A stretch of DNA of 32,000 nucleotides. It comes from Fastidiosibacter lacustris (lineage in GTDB: Bacteria; Pseudomonadota; Gammaproteobacteria; Francisellales; Francisellaceae). A program made the translations under genes and the position numbers. Below, piece by piece: positions 10,138 through 23,466 of this stretch (within the stretch, counting starts at the first letter, position 1; each line of letters opens with the position of its first letter). A model generated the notes under the pieces. The model was not told where the DNA came from. It was given only the letters and a program-made list of their open reading frames with translations, and made no database searches. The stretch is from assembly GCF_003428155.1 (NCBI RefSeq), contig NZ_QLIR01000007.1:30001-62000 (forward strand), read 5' to 3'.

Positions 10138-13100
10138 ATGCTGCCTGTATTGGATAAATTGTATGAGTACTACTCAGTATACGAAAGCTTTATGATTGCA
10201 TTGAAAGAAAAAGGCTTTCAAGGCGATATGCAAAACGATTATGCTACACGAATTAGTAGCTCAGTGGATAACAGTATTTATCAAGTTGTACCAGAACTGG
10301 TGCTTTTCCCAAAAAATGATCGTGACGTTGCATTAATATTTCAATTAGCAGTAAATGAACCTTATCAAAAGATAAAGTTTAGTGCGCGAGGTGCTGGTAC
10401 TGGTACAAATGGTCAGTCTTTAACAACAGGTGTCATAATCGACACAAGTCGCTATATGAACAACATCTTAGAGATTGATGTTACGGAAAAATACGTTGTT
10501 GTAGAACCTGGTGTGGTATTAGATCAGCTAAATGAGGCATTGACACTATATAACGTCTTTTTTGCACCTAATTTGTCGCCAAGTAACCGTGCGACAATTG
10601 GTGGTATGGCGAGTACCGATGCGTGTGGAAAAGGTTCTCGTGTCTATGGACGTACCAGTGAACATTTACTATCACTGCAATGTGTATTAAGTGATGGTGA
10701 GGTGGTTTCATTAGAAGAAATCTCTTTTGAGAGTGTCGCTAATATAATAGAAGAAAAACAAAAAAATGTGTCACTTTTAGCAGACGTGTATCAAGCCATC
10801 AGTGATGAAATCGTAGCAAAATACGACAAAATAGAAGCACAGTTTCCAAAGCTCGATAGATTCATGACAGGTTATAACCTTGCTAAGTGTTATGATCAGA
10901 ATAAGCAAAAGATTAACATAAACTATCTTATTTCAGGTGCCGAAGGGACATTGGCATTTATCATAAGTTTAAAGCTTAAACTCACGGACATACCAAAACA
11001 CAAAGCTTTATTTGCGATTAGTTATGGTGACTTTGATCAGGCATTGCGTGATGCTAGAGGTCTGTTAAGCTTAAACCCAGCAGCTATTGAAACGATTGAT
11101 GAATATATTTTGAAGTTGGCCAAAGAAGATGAAATCTATCCACAGATTCGTCATATGCTTGAAACTCATACAAATTATGATGTCTGTGCACTTAATTTGG
11201 TAGAATTCATTTCTCACAGTGAAGATGAATTATTGCAAGCTTTGGATCAAGCAAAAGCCTATTTTATGCAAAAGGATCGTTTGTTTTATTTAGCTTATGA
11301 CAAAGAGGAAATGACAGCTTTATGGGAACTTAGAAAAAAAGGCGTTGGATTGTTAGGAGCAATGAAAGGTCGTAAGAAACCAATCCCCTTTATGGAAGAT
11401 ACAGCCGTGCCACCTGAAAATTTAGCAGATTACATTGTAGAACTAAGAGCATTGTTAGATCGTTATAACTTAAGATATGGCATGTTTGGTCATGTGGATG
11501 TTGGTTGTTTACATATGCGTCCAGCATTAGATATGAATGATCCAAAAGATCAAAGATTGGTGGTGACGCTTACCAAAGAAGTCAATGATCTGGTTAAAAA
11601 ATATGGGGGTATATACTGGTCTGAACATGGAAAAGGATTTAGAAGTGAGTACGTAAAAGATTACTTTGGTGAGGAGCTTTACATTTCTTTGCAAAAAATC
11701 AAAAGAGCATTTGATCCCTATAATAAACTCAATCCTGGCAAAATTGTGGTGCCGTATGAAAGCAAGGATGAGCTTGTTAAAGTTAATGGTCCTTTTAGAG
11801 GAATAGAAGATGCTAAGGTCGATACTCAAACACAGAAGGTGTTTTCAGGAGCATTTGAATGTAATGGTAATGCGGCATGTTTAAATTATCATCCAGACCA
11901 AGTGATGTGTCCGTCTGCTAAGGTTTCACATAACTGGGTCTATTCACCCAAAGGGCGTACAGCACTGATTCGGGAATGGTTAAAGCAGCTAGCTGAAAAA
12001 GGCTATCAGGTAAAACCGTTTTCGATTAGCAATAAAAAGCGAAATGATAAACCTAATCAACATGACTTTTCTTATGAGGTTTATCAGTCTTTAAATAAGT
12101 GTTTGAGTTGTAAAGCGTGTGCGACAGCTTGTCCGATCAAGGTTGATATTCCTCATATGAAACCGATGTTTTTAGCTGAATATCACAAGCGTTATAAGCG
12201 TCCCTTAAAAGACTATGCTATTAAATACGTTGAACGAATGACAAGGTGGCAAAGTATTGTGCCTGGTATCTCAAATAGCTTGCAACACTTACCTTTTATT
12301 AAAACATGGGTTGAGAGAAACCTTAAATTGGTTGATTTACCATTCTTGTCAAAAGAAACTCTTAAAGCTGGGTTAAAAAAGCGTAACGCACCTACATTTA
12401 GTTTGTCACACCTAAAGCAGCAGTGTGCAGAAGATGCTTCAAATATTATTTGCATTGTTCAAGATGCATTTACGAGCTTTTACGATGCTAACGTTGTGCT
12501 TGCTGTTTATGATTTATTAACAAAATTGGGTTTTTATGTTTATGTATTGCCATTTTATGAAAATGGTAAAGCTGCCCATATAAAGGGTTTTTTACATTAT
12601 TTTAAAAAGAAAGCGCACAGAGTTTGTATGTTTTACAACGAAATTGCTAAATTTAATGTCCCATTGATTGGTATTGATCCAAGCATGACTTTGGTTTATC
12701 GAGATGAATATAAGGTAGTATTAAAAAATAAAGTTCAATTTAAGGTGGAGCTCATCCAAGAGTGGCTGGTGAAAAAACTGCCTAATTTGGAAGATAAGCT
12801 TTGTGCGATTAAACCAAAGGAGGGACTTGTGTCGCTGTTAGGGCATTGTTCAGAACGTGCGCTAGCCGCTGTTTCTATGATCCATTGGCAAAAGATTTTT
12901 AAAGCATTTGGTGTCAACCTTGAGATTGAAAAAGTGGGCTGTTGTGGAATGGCTGGTACCTTTGGTCACGAAAAAGATAACTTTGAGATGTCTAAGCAGA
13001 TTTACGATTCTAGTTGGCACAAAAAATTACAAAACAAAAAAGCTCAAGTTTTTTTAGCAACTGGCTTTTCTTGTAGGTGTCAAATAAAGCGTTTTGAGCA

Positions 13101-13146
13101 AAAAACAATAGACCATCCTATACAGTTTTTAAATCAAATAATATGA
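10138..13146 (+). CDS. ydiJ: FAD-binding and (Fe-S)-binding oxidoreductase, YdiJ-like (D-2-hydroxyacid/2-hydroxyglutarate dehydrogenase type)
   Basis: 1002 aa; FAD_binding_4 motif FSARGAGTGTNGQSL, EPGVVLDQLN, PNRATIGGMASTDACGKGS; C-terminal CLSCKACATACPIKVDIP Fe-S motif and CCGMAGTFG. Confidence 0.9.
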   Translation: MLPVLDKLYEYYSVYESFMIALKEKGFQGDMQNDYATRISSSVDNSIYQVVPELVLFPKNDRDVALIFQLAVNEPYQKIKFSARGAGTGTNGQSLTTGVIIDTSRYMNNILEIDVTEKYVVVEPGVVLDQLNEALTLYNVFFAPNLSPSNRATIGGMASTDACGKGSRVYGRTSEHLLSLQCVLSDGEVVSLEEISFESVANIIEEKQKNVSLLADVYQAISDEIVAKYDKIEAQFPKLDRFMTGYNLAKCYDQNKQKININYLISGAEGTLAFIISLKLKLTDIPKHKALFAISYGDFDQALRDARGLLSLNPAAIETIDEYILKLAKEDEIYPQIRHMLETHTNYDVCALNLVEFISHSEDELLQALDQAKAYFMQKDRLFYLAYDKEEMTALWELRKKGVGLLGAMKGRKKPIPFMEDTAVPPENLADYIVELRALLDRYNLRYGMFGHVDVGCLHMRPALDMNDPKDQRLVVTLTKEVNDLVKKYGGIYWSEHGKGFRSEYVKDYFGEELYISLQKIKRAFDPYNKLNPGKIVVPYESKDELVKVNGPFRGIEDAKVDTQTQKVFSGAFECNGNAACLNYHPDQVMCPSAKVSHNWVYSPKGRTALIREWLKQLAEKGYQVKPFSISNKKRNDKPNQHDFSYEVYQSLNKCLSCKACATACPIKVDIPHMKPMFLAEYHKRYKRPLKDYAIKYVERMTRWQSIVPGISNSLQHLPFIKTWVERNLKLVDLPFLSKETLKAGLKKRNAPTFSLSHLKQQCAEDASNIICIVQDAFTSFYDANVVLAVYDLLTKLGFYVYVLPFYENGKAAHIKGFLHYFKKKAHRVCMFYNEIAKFNVPLIGIDPSMTLVYRDEYKVVLKNKVQFKVELIQEWLVKKLPNLEDKLCAIKPKEGLVSLLGHCSERALAAVSMIHWQKIFKAFGVNLEIEKVGCCGMAGTFGHEKDNFEMSKQIYDSSWHKKLQNKKAQVFLATGFSCRCQIKRFEQKTIDHPIQFLNQII

Positions 13147-13203
13147 GCTTTTATGCTTTAGATTTTTCAATAACCAATAAAGTTAAATTATTTTAAAAAG
13201 CCC

Positions 13204-13231
13204 TTGCAATGAGGATTTCAGACGCTATAAT
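13204..13231 (+). promoter_or_regulatory. Sigma70-type promoter for tRNA-Lys
   Basis: TTGCAA (13204-13209), 16-bp spacer, TATAAT (13226-13231), 11 bp upstream of the tRNA. Confidence 0.7.
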
Positions 13232-13242
13232 GGCTTCTCGTT

Positions 13243-13318
13243 GGGTCGTTAGCTCAGTCGGTAGAGCAGCTGGCTTTTAACCAGTTGGTCGCAGGTTCGA
13301 ATCCTGCACGACCCACCA
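13243..13318 (+). tRNA. tRNA-Lys (UUU)
   Basis: GGGTCGTTAGCTCAGTCGGTAGAGCAGCTGGCTTTTAACCAGTTGGTCGCAGGTTCGAATCCTGCACGACCCACCA; anticodon TTT. Confidence 0.97.
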
Positions 13319-13346
13319 TGATTTAGTTTTTTTATTTTTAACCTTT

Positions 13347-14523
13347 TCATGGGTTTCTTTTTTTATAAAGATAGTGTATGCCAGAGGCAAACAAAATGGC
13401 TAAAAATAACGTGATAGTTAATATAAGCTGTTCCAGTGGATTGCCTGGTAAATATCCCATTATAATGACAAAGAGCATAGCAGAACCTATGTTTATAAAA
13501 CTCATCATAGAAGATGCCGAGGCTTTATCTTCAATTGCAGAAGATGCATAAAAAGTTGCTGCCGGAAATAATAGTCCACAAAAAAAGTACAATAAAGCAA
13601 AGGTAGTAAAAAAACCAAGTGTACTTGCCTTAAAAATAAGCATTAAAGACATTATAAAAATACAAATAACGATGCAACTTAGCGCAATGAAAATCACTTT
13701 ATTGGCAGAAAACGATTTTAAAAGACGAGGTGCAAATAACCCACTGATGCCGCTTCCAACTATGCTTAATAGGTTCCAATATCCGTAAGCCTCCTGGTGT
13801 AAGGTTTAGCATAGTGTGAGCAATAATGGGCGCAGCAGCGGCGTAAGCGTATGATATTGTTGAGGATAGACCAACAATAAGTGCATAGTGGCGTAATTGA
13901 TGCTTTGCAAAAGCATAAGCATATTGATGAATGATTACAGTTGGATGTAATCGGTGTTTTGTCTTTAAAGTTTCTGGAAAAAAGTATGTAGATACATATG
14001 CCAGTAATCCGTGGATAAATAAAAAGATAAATAAATCCTGCCAATCCATATATTGTGTGACAATACCACCCAATGTTACAGCAAGGGCAATACCTAGCAT
14101 AAAAGAGAGCGTTGAATACGAAATGACTACTTTTGCTTTATTTGGTGCTAAAAGCTCATTAATGATGGTAAAAGTACAAGCAAGACCAGCTGATGCGCCA
14201 AGTGCTGTGATCAGCCGTCCGATCAATAACAACTTATAGCTATACAGGATATCTATTGAAGCTAAATAGCATATTGTAATACCAGTGAGATTTAATAAAA
14301 ATCCAAAACGAATCGCTTTCAATCTGCCATATGTATTGGCTAAAGGAGCATAGATAAGGTTACCAAACACATAACCTAATAGGAAGATGGCAACAAACCA
14401 AGATAGGTCGGGTGAATCAATTCCATAGAAGTTTTGGATTTGAGGTAAAGCAGGTGTGAGTATTACAGCTGATACAGAGGCAATGCAAAGGTAGTTAAGG
14501 AGGATGATATTTTTATAATTCAT
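13347..14523 (-). pseudogene. MFS transporter (Bcr/CflA-like efflux), interrupted by a frameshift near 13789-13794
   Basis: Minus-strand ORFs 13699..14598 and 13347..13697 read as N- and C-terminal parts of one MFS protein. Removing one G in the GGAGG run restores ...NLTPGAYGYWNLLSIVGSGISGLFAPRLLKSFSANKVIFIALSC.... Likely start is MNYKN at 14523. Confidence 0.85.
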
Positions 14524-14671
14524 ACTTTTATTTTTTTCTTTTATTTTTTTATGTTTGATCGTTTGGAGAGATTGTAATAAGGCTAAAAAATTAAACAATA
14601 CGTAAAAATATTGACATTAGTTAAGTTAATATGAACAATCTGCTAAACCTATAAGTCAAAACTTGATAGCA

Positions 14672-15556
14672 ATGTTTAAAGATGCGTTTTCATTGGTTCA
14701 ACTAGAGTCATTTTTAGCTGTAGCAAAGTTTGCAAGTTTTACAAAAGCTGCCTATTACTTGGGTATTTCAAAATCGGCAATTAGTCAAAACATTAAACAG
14801 CTAGAATTGATGACAAAAGTGAAGTTGGTTATTCGCACAACTCGACAAGTTAGCCTTACTGAGGAGGGTCATAAGCTCTTTGAGCAATGTCAGCGTTTAG
14901 AAAACGAGTGGTTTGGTATTAAGCAACTCATCGGCAGTTTTGATGAACATCCAGAGGGTGAGTTGGTGATCAGCAGTAATGCATTTTTTGCTAAACAGTA
15001 TTTAACAAAGTTGATCAAGCAATATTTACAGTTATATCCAAAAATGAATGTTTCACTGATAATAGAAGAACGGATGCCACATTTATATCAAGAAAATATT
15101 GACGTTGCATTTGGAGTGAACTGGAGACCAAGTGATGATGTCGTTGCACGTAAACTTATGGAAACAGATTACGTTTTTTGTGCAACTAACTCATACTTGA
15201 ATCGACATGGGATACCTAAAAGTTTACAGCAACTTAAACAACATCAATTTATTCCGCATAGTGCACGAGCCGCAACAATTGTTGGTAAAACAGATAATCA
15301 AAGTCATTTTTGGGCAACAAGGTTAAAAGCAAATAATATAGATTGCATGAAGAATTTTGTATTATCCGATATGGGTATTATTCAAGTGCATCGATATATT
15401 GTTGAGCATGAGCTAAAAAAAGGTGAGTTAGTAGAGGTTCAATTGAGCGATTTCAGTTCTCAGGTAGTGAATGTCAACATGTACTATCAAAAACATCAAT
15501 ATGTGCAACCCAAAATTAAAACTTTTGTTGAGCTTGCAAAAGAGATGTTGCTTTAA
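14672..15556 (+). CDS. LysR-family transcriptional regulator
   Basis: N-terminal HTH FLAVAKFASFTKAAYYLGISKSAISQNIKQLELMTKVKLVIRTTRQVSLTEEG; divergent to the MFS gene. Confidence 0.92.
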   Translation: MFKDAFSLVQLESFLAVAKFASFTKAAYYLGISKSAISQNIKQLELMTKVKLVIRTTRQVSLTEEGHKLFEQCQRLENEWFGIKQLIGSFDEHPEGELVISSNAFFAKQYLTKLIKQYLQLYPKMNVSLIIEERMPHLYQENIDVAFGVNWRPSDDVVARKLMETDYVFCATNSYLNRHGIPKSLQQLKQHQFIPHSARAATIVGKTDNQSHFWATRLKANNIDCMKNFVLSDMGIIQVHRYIVEHELKKGELVEVQLSDFSSQVVNVNMYYQKHQYVQPKIKTFVELAKEMLL

Positions 15557-15726
15557 GGTTGCAGGGTATGGATAGACCTGGTGAACTTGTAGAAGTCTAT
15601 GCGTAATATAAAGAAGGCCCAAAGAATAGAAGATAAACGCTAATTTGTCGAGAGTTCAATATTTAAGCGTTGAGGAATAAAAAGAATTTCATTACAGTGA
15701 GAATTGAGTATGGTGGAGGATGCAAT

Positions 15727-17487
15727 ATGAAAATATTAAAGAAATTAATCAAAATCGTTACAGGGCAATCAAATCCAATGCAGCTTTTTTTAGCTGTACT
15801 ATTTGGGGGAATGATTGGTTTCTTACCAGGGTTTAGCTATGCACCATTACTATATATTATTGTAATTGGGTTATTGATATTGCTTAATGTCAATTTGGTC
15901 GTTGCCGCAATTATATATGCCGTTGCCAGGTTACTTTCATTTACTTTGGAGGTTGTTTCCTATCACGTTGGCGTGTTTGTATTAGATGGGTTTTTACAAG
16001 GCATTTTAAAATGGATGATTAATACACCTGTGTTTGCCTATGCAGGATTTGATTATTATTTGGTAACAGGAAGTTTTGTTTTAGCACTTATTTTGGGTCT
16101 GATCTTTGGTTACTTGATCACTAAGTTGGTTTCACTTGTAAAAGCCAAAATGGCAATAATGCAAACTGAGGAAACCCTATATGACAATATCGTTAATAAG
16201 CGCTTAATTAAAATGATTAGCTGGATTATCTTTGGACAGTCTGTGCACAAAATTGATTGGGTGAAGTTAAGAAATAGAAGGCTTAAACATCCTTTTCGGA
16301 TCTTGGGTGTCATTATTATTGCTGTAGTGATTGTGTTTATATTTGTTTTAAGTGGTCTTTTGCAGTCACAAATGTTAAAAAATATTTTGGTTTCTGAGTT
16401 GACTAGAATAAACGGTGCAACAGTTGAGATTGATACGTTTAAGCTTGATATGTTTAATGGTAAACTCAATATCACAGGGCTTGAGATTGCGGATCCTAAG
16501 GACTTAAATCAAAATCGTTTTTATGCGAAAACACTCACGATGCAGGTGAATGTAAGCGAGTTGTTAACAAAAAGGTTGACTCTGAGTAATGTTGTTATAA
16601 ACGACGTGTTAACAAATCAGCCGCGTACTATAAAAGCAATGCTTTATTTACCGAACATAGACACATCAATTATTCCCACGCCAAAAGAAGATAAAGTCGT
16701 ACAACAAGCACAAACTCAACATATAAAAGACTTCGATGTAAAGTATTACGTGCAAAATGTACAGCAATATCAATCATATCTAAAGCAACTTAAGTGTCTC
16801 TTGGGTTGGCTTGTTCCTGATACAGCTAAACATGAGTCAGCTGATGTAAAACAGCAAGAAGCTAAGGTAACTCAAATGTATCACTACGCAGATAGACAAG
16901 CGACTGATTTAATCACTAACACCCCAACTCTCACAATTACAAAGCTTACGGTTAATAATATTAACTATTCAAATAATTTAATCTTTAACGCTATCGCCAG
17001 TAACGTTTCAACACAGCCGTGGCTCATTAAAGCACCAACGGCAATTAGGATTGTCTCAAAAGACCAAACGATCAAGGCGAAACTCATTAGCGCGAATCAC
17101 TCAAAGATAGCGAATATGTTTTCACTGGAATTGAAAGATATGCCTGCTGATAAACTTCTTCAGGATATTAAGTTTAGCAAGGGTTTTGGTCTATCTGCAA
17201 AAACTTATTCACTAGAAGCACAAGGTAAATGGCAGTGGCAAGGCGATGAAATAATACTTGATCTACCAGTTAATTTGATTTTCCAAAATGCTAACTTATC
17301 AATTTCTGATGCGAATAAAATGATAGATCGCTTACCAATAAGTATAAAATTGATGGGAAGTTTAAATAATCCAGTTGTGCAAATCGATCAAAGTCAAGTA
17401 CAGAGTACCTTAATCAAAGCGAGTACCTCAGAAATCAAGAGTCGACTCAAGGATGAATTGAATAATCGCTTACCTTTTGCTTTGTAA
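15727..17487 (+). CDS. Membrane protein with TIGR03546-like N-terminus and AsmA-like/TIGR03545-like C-terminus
   Basis: MKILKKLIKIVTGQSNPMQLFLAVLFGGMIGFLPGFSYAPLLYII... multi-TM region, followed by LLQSQMLKNILVSELTRINGATVEIDTFKLDMFNGKLNITGLEIADP AsmA-like region. Confidence 0.65.
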   Translation: MKILKKLIKIVTGQSNPMQLFLAVLFGGMIGFLPGFSYAPLLYIIVIGLLILLNVNLVVAAIIYAVARLLSFTLEVVSYHVGVFVLDGFLQGILKWMINTPVFAYAGFDYYLVTGSFVLALILGLIFGYLITKLVSLVKAKMAIMQTEETLYDNIVNKRLIKMISWIIFGQSVHKIDWVKLRNRRLKHPFRILGVIIIAVVIVFIFVLSGLLQSQMLKNILVSELTRINGATVEIDTFKLDMFNGKLNITGLEIADPKDLNQNRFYAKTLTMQVNVSELLTKRLTLSNVVINDVLTNQPRTIKAMLYLPNIDTSIIPTPKEDKVVQQAQTQHIKDFDVKYYVQNVQQYQSYLKQLKCLLGWLVPDTAKHESADVKQQEAKVTQMYHYADRQATDLITNTPTLTITKLTVNNINYSNNLIFNAIASNVSTQPWLIKAPTAIRIVSKDQTIKAKLISANHSKIANMFSLELKDMPADKLLQDIKFSKGFGLSAKTYSLEAQGKWQWQGDEIILDLPVNLIFQNANLSISDANKMIDRLPISIKLMGSLNNPVVQIDQSQVQSTLIKASTSEIKSRLKDELNNRLPFAL

Positions 17488-17568
17488 TGTAATCGAAGGC
17501 GTAGCACTAGATTTGGCCTGAAAAATTTGGTTATTTCCAATAAAAAATAAAAAAATCAAAAAAAATTC

Positions 17569-17595
17569 TTGAAAAGAAATTTGCTATCACCATAT
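17569..17595 (+). promoter_or_regulatory. Sigma32-type heat-shock promoter of groESL
   Basis: CTTGAAA (17569-17575), 12-nt spacer, CACCATAT (17588-17595), close to consensus CTTGAAA-N11-16-CCCCATNT; upstream of groES. Confidence 0.75.
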
Positions 17596-17652
17596 ATCTG
17601 CCTGCAATAAACAACAACATGTTTAACATAGCTTAAAAGAAGGAGTAAACAT

Positions 17653-17940
17653 ATGGCAATTCGCCCTTTACATGATAGAGTGTTGGTTCGTCGCGCTGAA
17701 GAAGAACAAAAATCAACAGGTGGTATTATCTTAACCGATAGCGCAAAAGAAAAACCGATGCAAGGTAAAGTGATTGCAACTGGAAATGGCAAAATCCTAA
17801 CAGATGGTGCTGTTCGTGCATTGGACGTGAAAGTGGGTGATACGATTTTATTCGGGAAATACGCCGGGAATGAAGTCAAAGTTGATGGTGAAGAGCTATT
17901 GATGATGCGTGAAGAAGATATATTGGCAGTGATTGAGTAA
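17653..17940 (+). CDS. groES: Co-chaperonin GroES
   Basis: [44 protein letters not shown]... 95 aa. Confidence 0.98.
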   Translation: MAIRPLHDRVLVRRAEEEQKSTGGIILTDSAKEKPMQGKVIATGNGKILTDGAVRALDVKVGDTILFGKYAGNEVKVDGEELLMMREEDILAVIE

Positions 17941-17962
17941 TTTGCGCATACTGCTAAGTTGA

Positions 17963-19651
<1,689 letters not shown>

Positions 19652-19701
19652 TTCCATCGTTATTTAGTCATTGATAGTTTGGCTTATGCCAGACTGAATT
19701 T

Positions 19702-19730
19702 AAAAGGGGCGAAAGCCCCTTTTTGTTTTT
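19702..19730 (+). terminator. Rho-independent terminator after groEL
   Basis: AAAAGGGGC-GAAA-GCCCCTTTTTGTTTTT hairpin plus T-tract. Confidence 0.9.
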
Positions 19731-19876
19731 CTAATCTTTAAGGTAAGGTTTGATCTTTAAAATGATTGATGGAAAATGGAATTATCAGCTTGCAATTTTT
19801 GCTTGTTTTTGTATATAATTCCGCGTCTTTTTAGTTTATGCAAAGATTAGATGTTTAAAAAACTACGGAGTAAATA

Positions 19877-20251
19877 ATGGCAACTATTAACCAGTTGGTG
19901 CGCAATCCGCGCAAGAAAAAGGTTGTTAAAACGAATGTACCAGCCTTGAAGTCATGTCCGCAAAGACGTGGCGTATGTACGCGTGTTTACACAACGACCC
20001 CTAAGAAACCAAATTCAGCGTTAAGAAAAGTAGCGCGTGTAAGATTGACCAGTGGATTTGAAGTGACCACCTATATTGGTGGTGAAGGTCATAATCTTCA
20101 AGAGCATAGCGTTATTCTTATTCGTGGTGGTCGTGTGAAAGACTTACCAGGTGTGCGTTATCACACCGTTCGCGGTGCACTTGATACATCAGGTGTTAAG
20201 GACCGTAAAAAAGGTCGCTCTAAGTATGGTACTAAGCGTCCTAAAGCATAA
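19877..20251 (+). CDS. rpsL: 30S ribosomal protein S12
   Basis: [60 protein letters not shown]. Confidence 0.99.
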   Translation: MATINQLVRNPRKKKVVKTNVPALKSCPQRRGVCTRVYTTTPKKPNSALRKVARVRLTSGFEVTTYIGGEGHNLQEHSVILIRGGRVKDLPGVRYHTVRGALDTSGVKDRKKGRSKYGTKRPKA

Positions 20252-20275
20252 TTTTAATTCATTTATTTAGGTTAA

Positions 20276-20761
<486 letters not shown>

Positions 20762-20776
20762 TATTGGAGAAAACTC

Positions 20777-22873
20777 ATGTCACGTATGACTGCGATTGAA
20801 AAATATAGAAATATTGGAATTTGTGCCCACGTGGATGCAGGTAAAACAACTACAACTGAACGTATATTGTTCTATACTGGTGTTTCACATAAAATTGGTG
20901 AAGTGCACGATGGTGCAGCAACAATGGATTGGATGGAACAAGAGCAAGAGCGTGGTATTACTATTACCTCTGCTGCAACAACAGTGTTCTGGCAAGGTAT
21001 GGATAAACAGTTTGATAAACACCGTATTAACATCATTGATACCCCGGGGCACGTTGATTTTACGATTGAAGTAGAGCGTTCTTTGCGTGTGCTTGATGGC
21101 GCAGTTGTTGTATTCTGTGGTTCATCAGGTGTTGAACCTCAATCAGAAACAGTGTGGCGTCAAGCTAATAAATATGGTGTTCCACGTATCGTTTTTGTGA
21201 ATAAAATGGATAGGGCTGGCGCGAATTTTGAACGTGTGTTAGGGCAAATTAGATCACGCTTAAAGGCAACTGTTGTCCCTGTGCAGCTTAATATTGGTGC
21301 CGAAGAAGAGTTTAAAGGCGTGATTGATCTTGTGCGCATGAAAGCCATCATGTGGAATGAGGAAGATAAAGGGTTAACTTACACTTTAGAAGAGATTCCG
21401 CAAGAGCTTTATGCACATGCTGAAGAGCTTCGTCAAGAAATGATTGAAGCAGCAGCTGAAGCAAATGAAGAATTAATGAATAAGTACCTTGAAGGTGAAG
21501 AGCTAACTGAAGAGGAAATTCATGCAGCTTTGCGTCAACGGGTTATTAATAACGAAATCGTATTAGCGTTTTGTGGTTCAGCGTTTAAGAATAAAGGCGT
21601 ACAAGCTGTACTTGACGGTGTAGTGCGTTACTTACCAGCACCACATGATGTTCCAGCTATTCGTGGTGAGCTAGAAGATGGTAGTGAAGCTTCACGTAAG
21701 TCATCTGATGAAGAGCCATTTGCTGCCCTTGCATTTAAACTTGCCGCAGACCCATTTATTGGAAACTTAACATTTATCCGTGTTTATTCAGGAGTGTTGA
21801 AGTCAGGTGATGCGGTTTATAATCCTGTGAAAGGTAAAAAAGAGCGTATTGGACGTATTGTACAAATGCACGCTAATAAGCGTGATGAAATTAAAGAAGT
21901 GCGTGCAGGTGATATTGCTGCTTGTATTGGTTTAAAACAAGTAACAACAGGTGACACACTTTGTGATGAAAATAATATTATTACGCTTGAGCGTATGGAT
22001 TTCCCTGAGCCAGTTATCTCAGTTGCAGTAGAGCCAAAATCTAAAGCTGATCAAGAGAAAATGTCGATTGCATTGGGTCGTTTAGCAGCAGAAGATCCAT
22101 CATTTCGGGTGAAAACAGATGAAGAGTCAGGTCAAACTATTATTTCAGGGATGGGAGAGCTGCATTTAGAAATTATCGTTGATCGCATGAAACGTGAATT
22201 CAAAGTGGAGGCAAACGTTGGTAATCCTCAAGTAGCATATCGTGAAACGATCAAACAAGGTGTTGAAGCTGAAGGCAAGTTTGTACGTCAATCAGGCGGT
22301 CGTGGACAGTATGGTCACGTTTGGATTAAGCTTGAGCCTCAAGAAATGGGCAAAGGCTTTGCATTCGTTGATGATATCGTTGGCGGTGTAGTGCCAAGAG
22401 AATACATCGGTGCAGTTGCTAAAGGTATTGAAGAGCAATTACGAAATGGTGTAATCGCTGGCTATCCTATGATTGATGTTAAAGCAACACTCTATGATGG
22501 TTCTTATCATGATGTGGATTCATCTGAGATGGCATTTAAGATTGCAGGCTCAATGGCAGTTAAAGCGGGTGCGCAAAAAGCCTCCGCAGTTCTTCTTGAG
22601 CCAATGATGAAAGTAGAAGTTGTAATGCCTGAAGAGTATATGGGTGACGTAATTGGTGATTTGAACCGTCGTCGCGGCATCATCTCTGGTATGGATGAAA
22701 ATCCAAGTGGTAAAGTGGTTAATGCATTGGTGCCATTGGCAGAGATGTTTGGTTATGCGACGAACGTGCGTTCAATCTCTCAAGGGCGTGCGTCATTCTC
22801 TATGGAGTTTGAAAAATACGCAGAAGTCCCAGGCAATATTGCAGAAGAAATCATTAAAAAGCGTAACTCGTAA
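20777..22873 (+). CDS. fusA: Elongation factor G
   Basis: 698 aa; [45 protein letters not shown]. Confidence 0.99.
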   Translation: MSRMTAIEKYRNIGICAHVDAGKTTTTERILFYTGVSHKIGEVHDGAATMDWMEQEQERGITITSAATTVFWQGMDKQFDKHRINIIDTPGHVDFTIEVERSLRVLDGAVVVFCGSSGVEPQSETVWRQANKYGVPRIVFVNKMDRAGANFERVLGQIRSRLKATVVPVQLNIGAEEEFKGVIDLVRMKAIMWNEEDKGLTYTLEEIPQELYAHAEELRQEMIEAAAEANEELMNKYLEGEELTEEEIHAALRQRVINNEIVLAFCGSAFKNKGVQAVLDGVVRYLPAPHDVPAIRGELEDGSEASRKSSDEEPFAALAFKLAADPFIGNLTFIRVYSGVLKSGDAVYNPVKGKKERIGRIVQMHANKRDEIKEVRAGDIAACIGLKQVTTGDTLCDENNIITLERMDFPEPVISVAVEPKSKADQEKMSIALGRLAAEDPSFRVKTDEESGQTIISGMGELHLEIIVDRMKREFKVEANVGNPQVAYRETIKQGVEAEGKFVRQSGGRGQYGHVWIKLEPQEMGKGFAFVDDIVGGVVPREYIGAVAKGIEEQLRNGVIAGYPMIDVKATLYDGSYHDVDSSEMAFKIAGSMAVKAGAQKASAVLLEPMMKVEVVMPEEYMGDVIGDLNRRRGIISGMDENPSGKVVNALVPLAEMFGYATNVRSISQGRASFSMEFEKYAEVPGNIAEEIIKKRNS

Positions 22874-22892
22874 CTTAGAAGGTTTAAAGAAA

Positions 22893-23216
22893 ATGGCAAC
22901 AAATATTAATAATCAGCGTATTCGCATTCGATTAAAAGCATTTGATCATAAATTGATTGATATATCGACTAAAGAAATTGTCGAGACAGCAAAAAGAACC
23001 GGTGCACAAGTTAAGGGTCCAATTCCTTTACCTGTACGCAAAGAGCGCTTTACGGTTTTGATTTCACCTCATGTAAACAAAGATGCACGTGATCAGTATG
23101 AAATCAGAACTCACAAACGTTTGATCGACATCGTTGAGCCAACTGAAAAAACAGTTGATGCCCTTATGAAACTTGATCTTGCTGCGGGTGTTGACGTTCA
23201 AATTAGCCTAAATTAA
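22893..23216 (+). CDS. rpsJ: 30S ribosomal protein S10
   Basis: [79 protein letters not shown] at 22893 follows fusA; the 22695 start of the track overlaps fusA. Confidence 0.98.
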   Translation: MATNINNQRIRIRLKAFDHKLIDISTKEIVETAKRTGAQVKGPIPLPVRKERFTVLISPHVNKDARDQYEIRTHKRLIDIVEPTEKTVDALMKLDLAAGVDVQISLN

Positions 23217-23272
23217 TCAATCTTAATCTCTGTTTTTAATCTTTGTGTATCAAGAGGTGCACAATCATACTT

Positions 23273-23299
23273 AAAAAGCGACGTGAAGTCGCTTTTTTT
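23273..23299 (+). terminator. Rho-independent terminator after rpsJ
   Basis: AAAAAGCGAC-GTGAA-GTCGCTTTTTTT: 10-bp stem, 5-nt loop, T-tract. Confidence 0.9.
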
Positions 23300-23466
23300 A
23301 TTTCAATGATTGGCATGTGATTAGGTTATGGGTATAACAAATATTAATTACTTATCTGCAGATAAGTAATTTTTTGCTGTTAAATATTTTTCAAGCTGTA
23401 TATACTCAAGCTCATTGTATAACTTTCTTGCCAAACAAAATGATCACAATTGATTGTTTAAATAAT

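Noticed and set aside
10138-13146. Possible fusion or phage origin of the 1002-aa protein
   Set aside because: FAD_binding_4/FAD oxidase C/Fe-S/CCG architecture is the normal YdiJ-type arrangement.
22695-22892. N-terminal extension of the rpsJ ORF
   Set aside because: Overlaps fusA in another frame; the canonical rpsJ start is ATG 22893.
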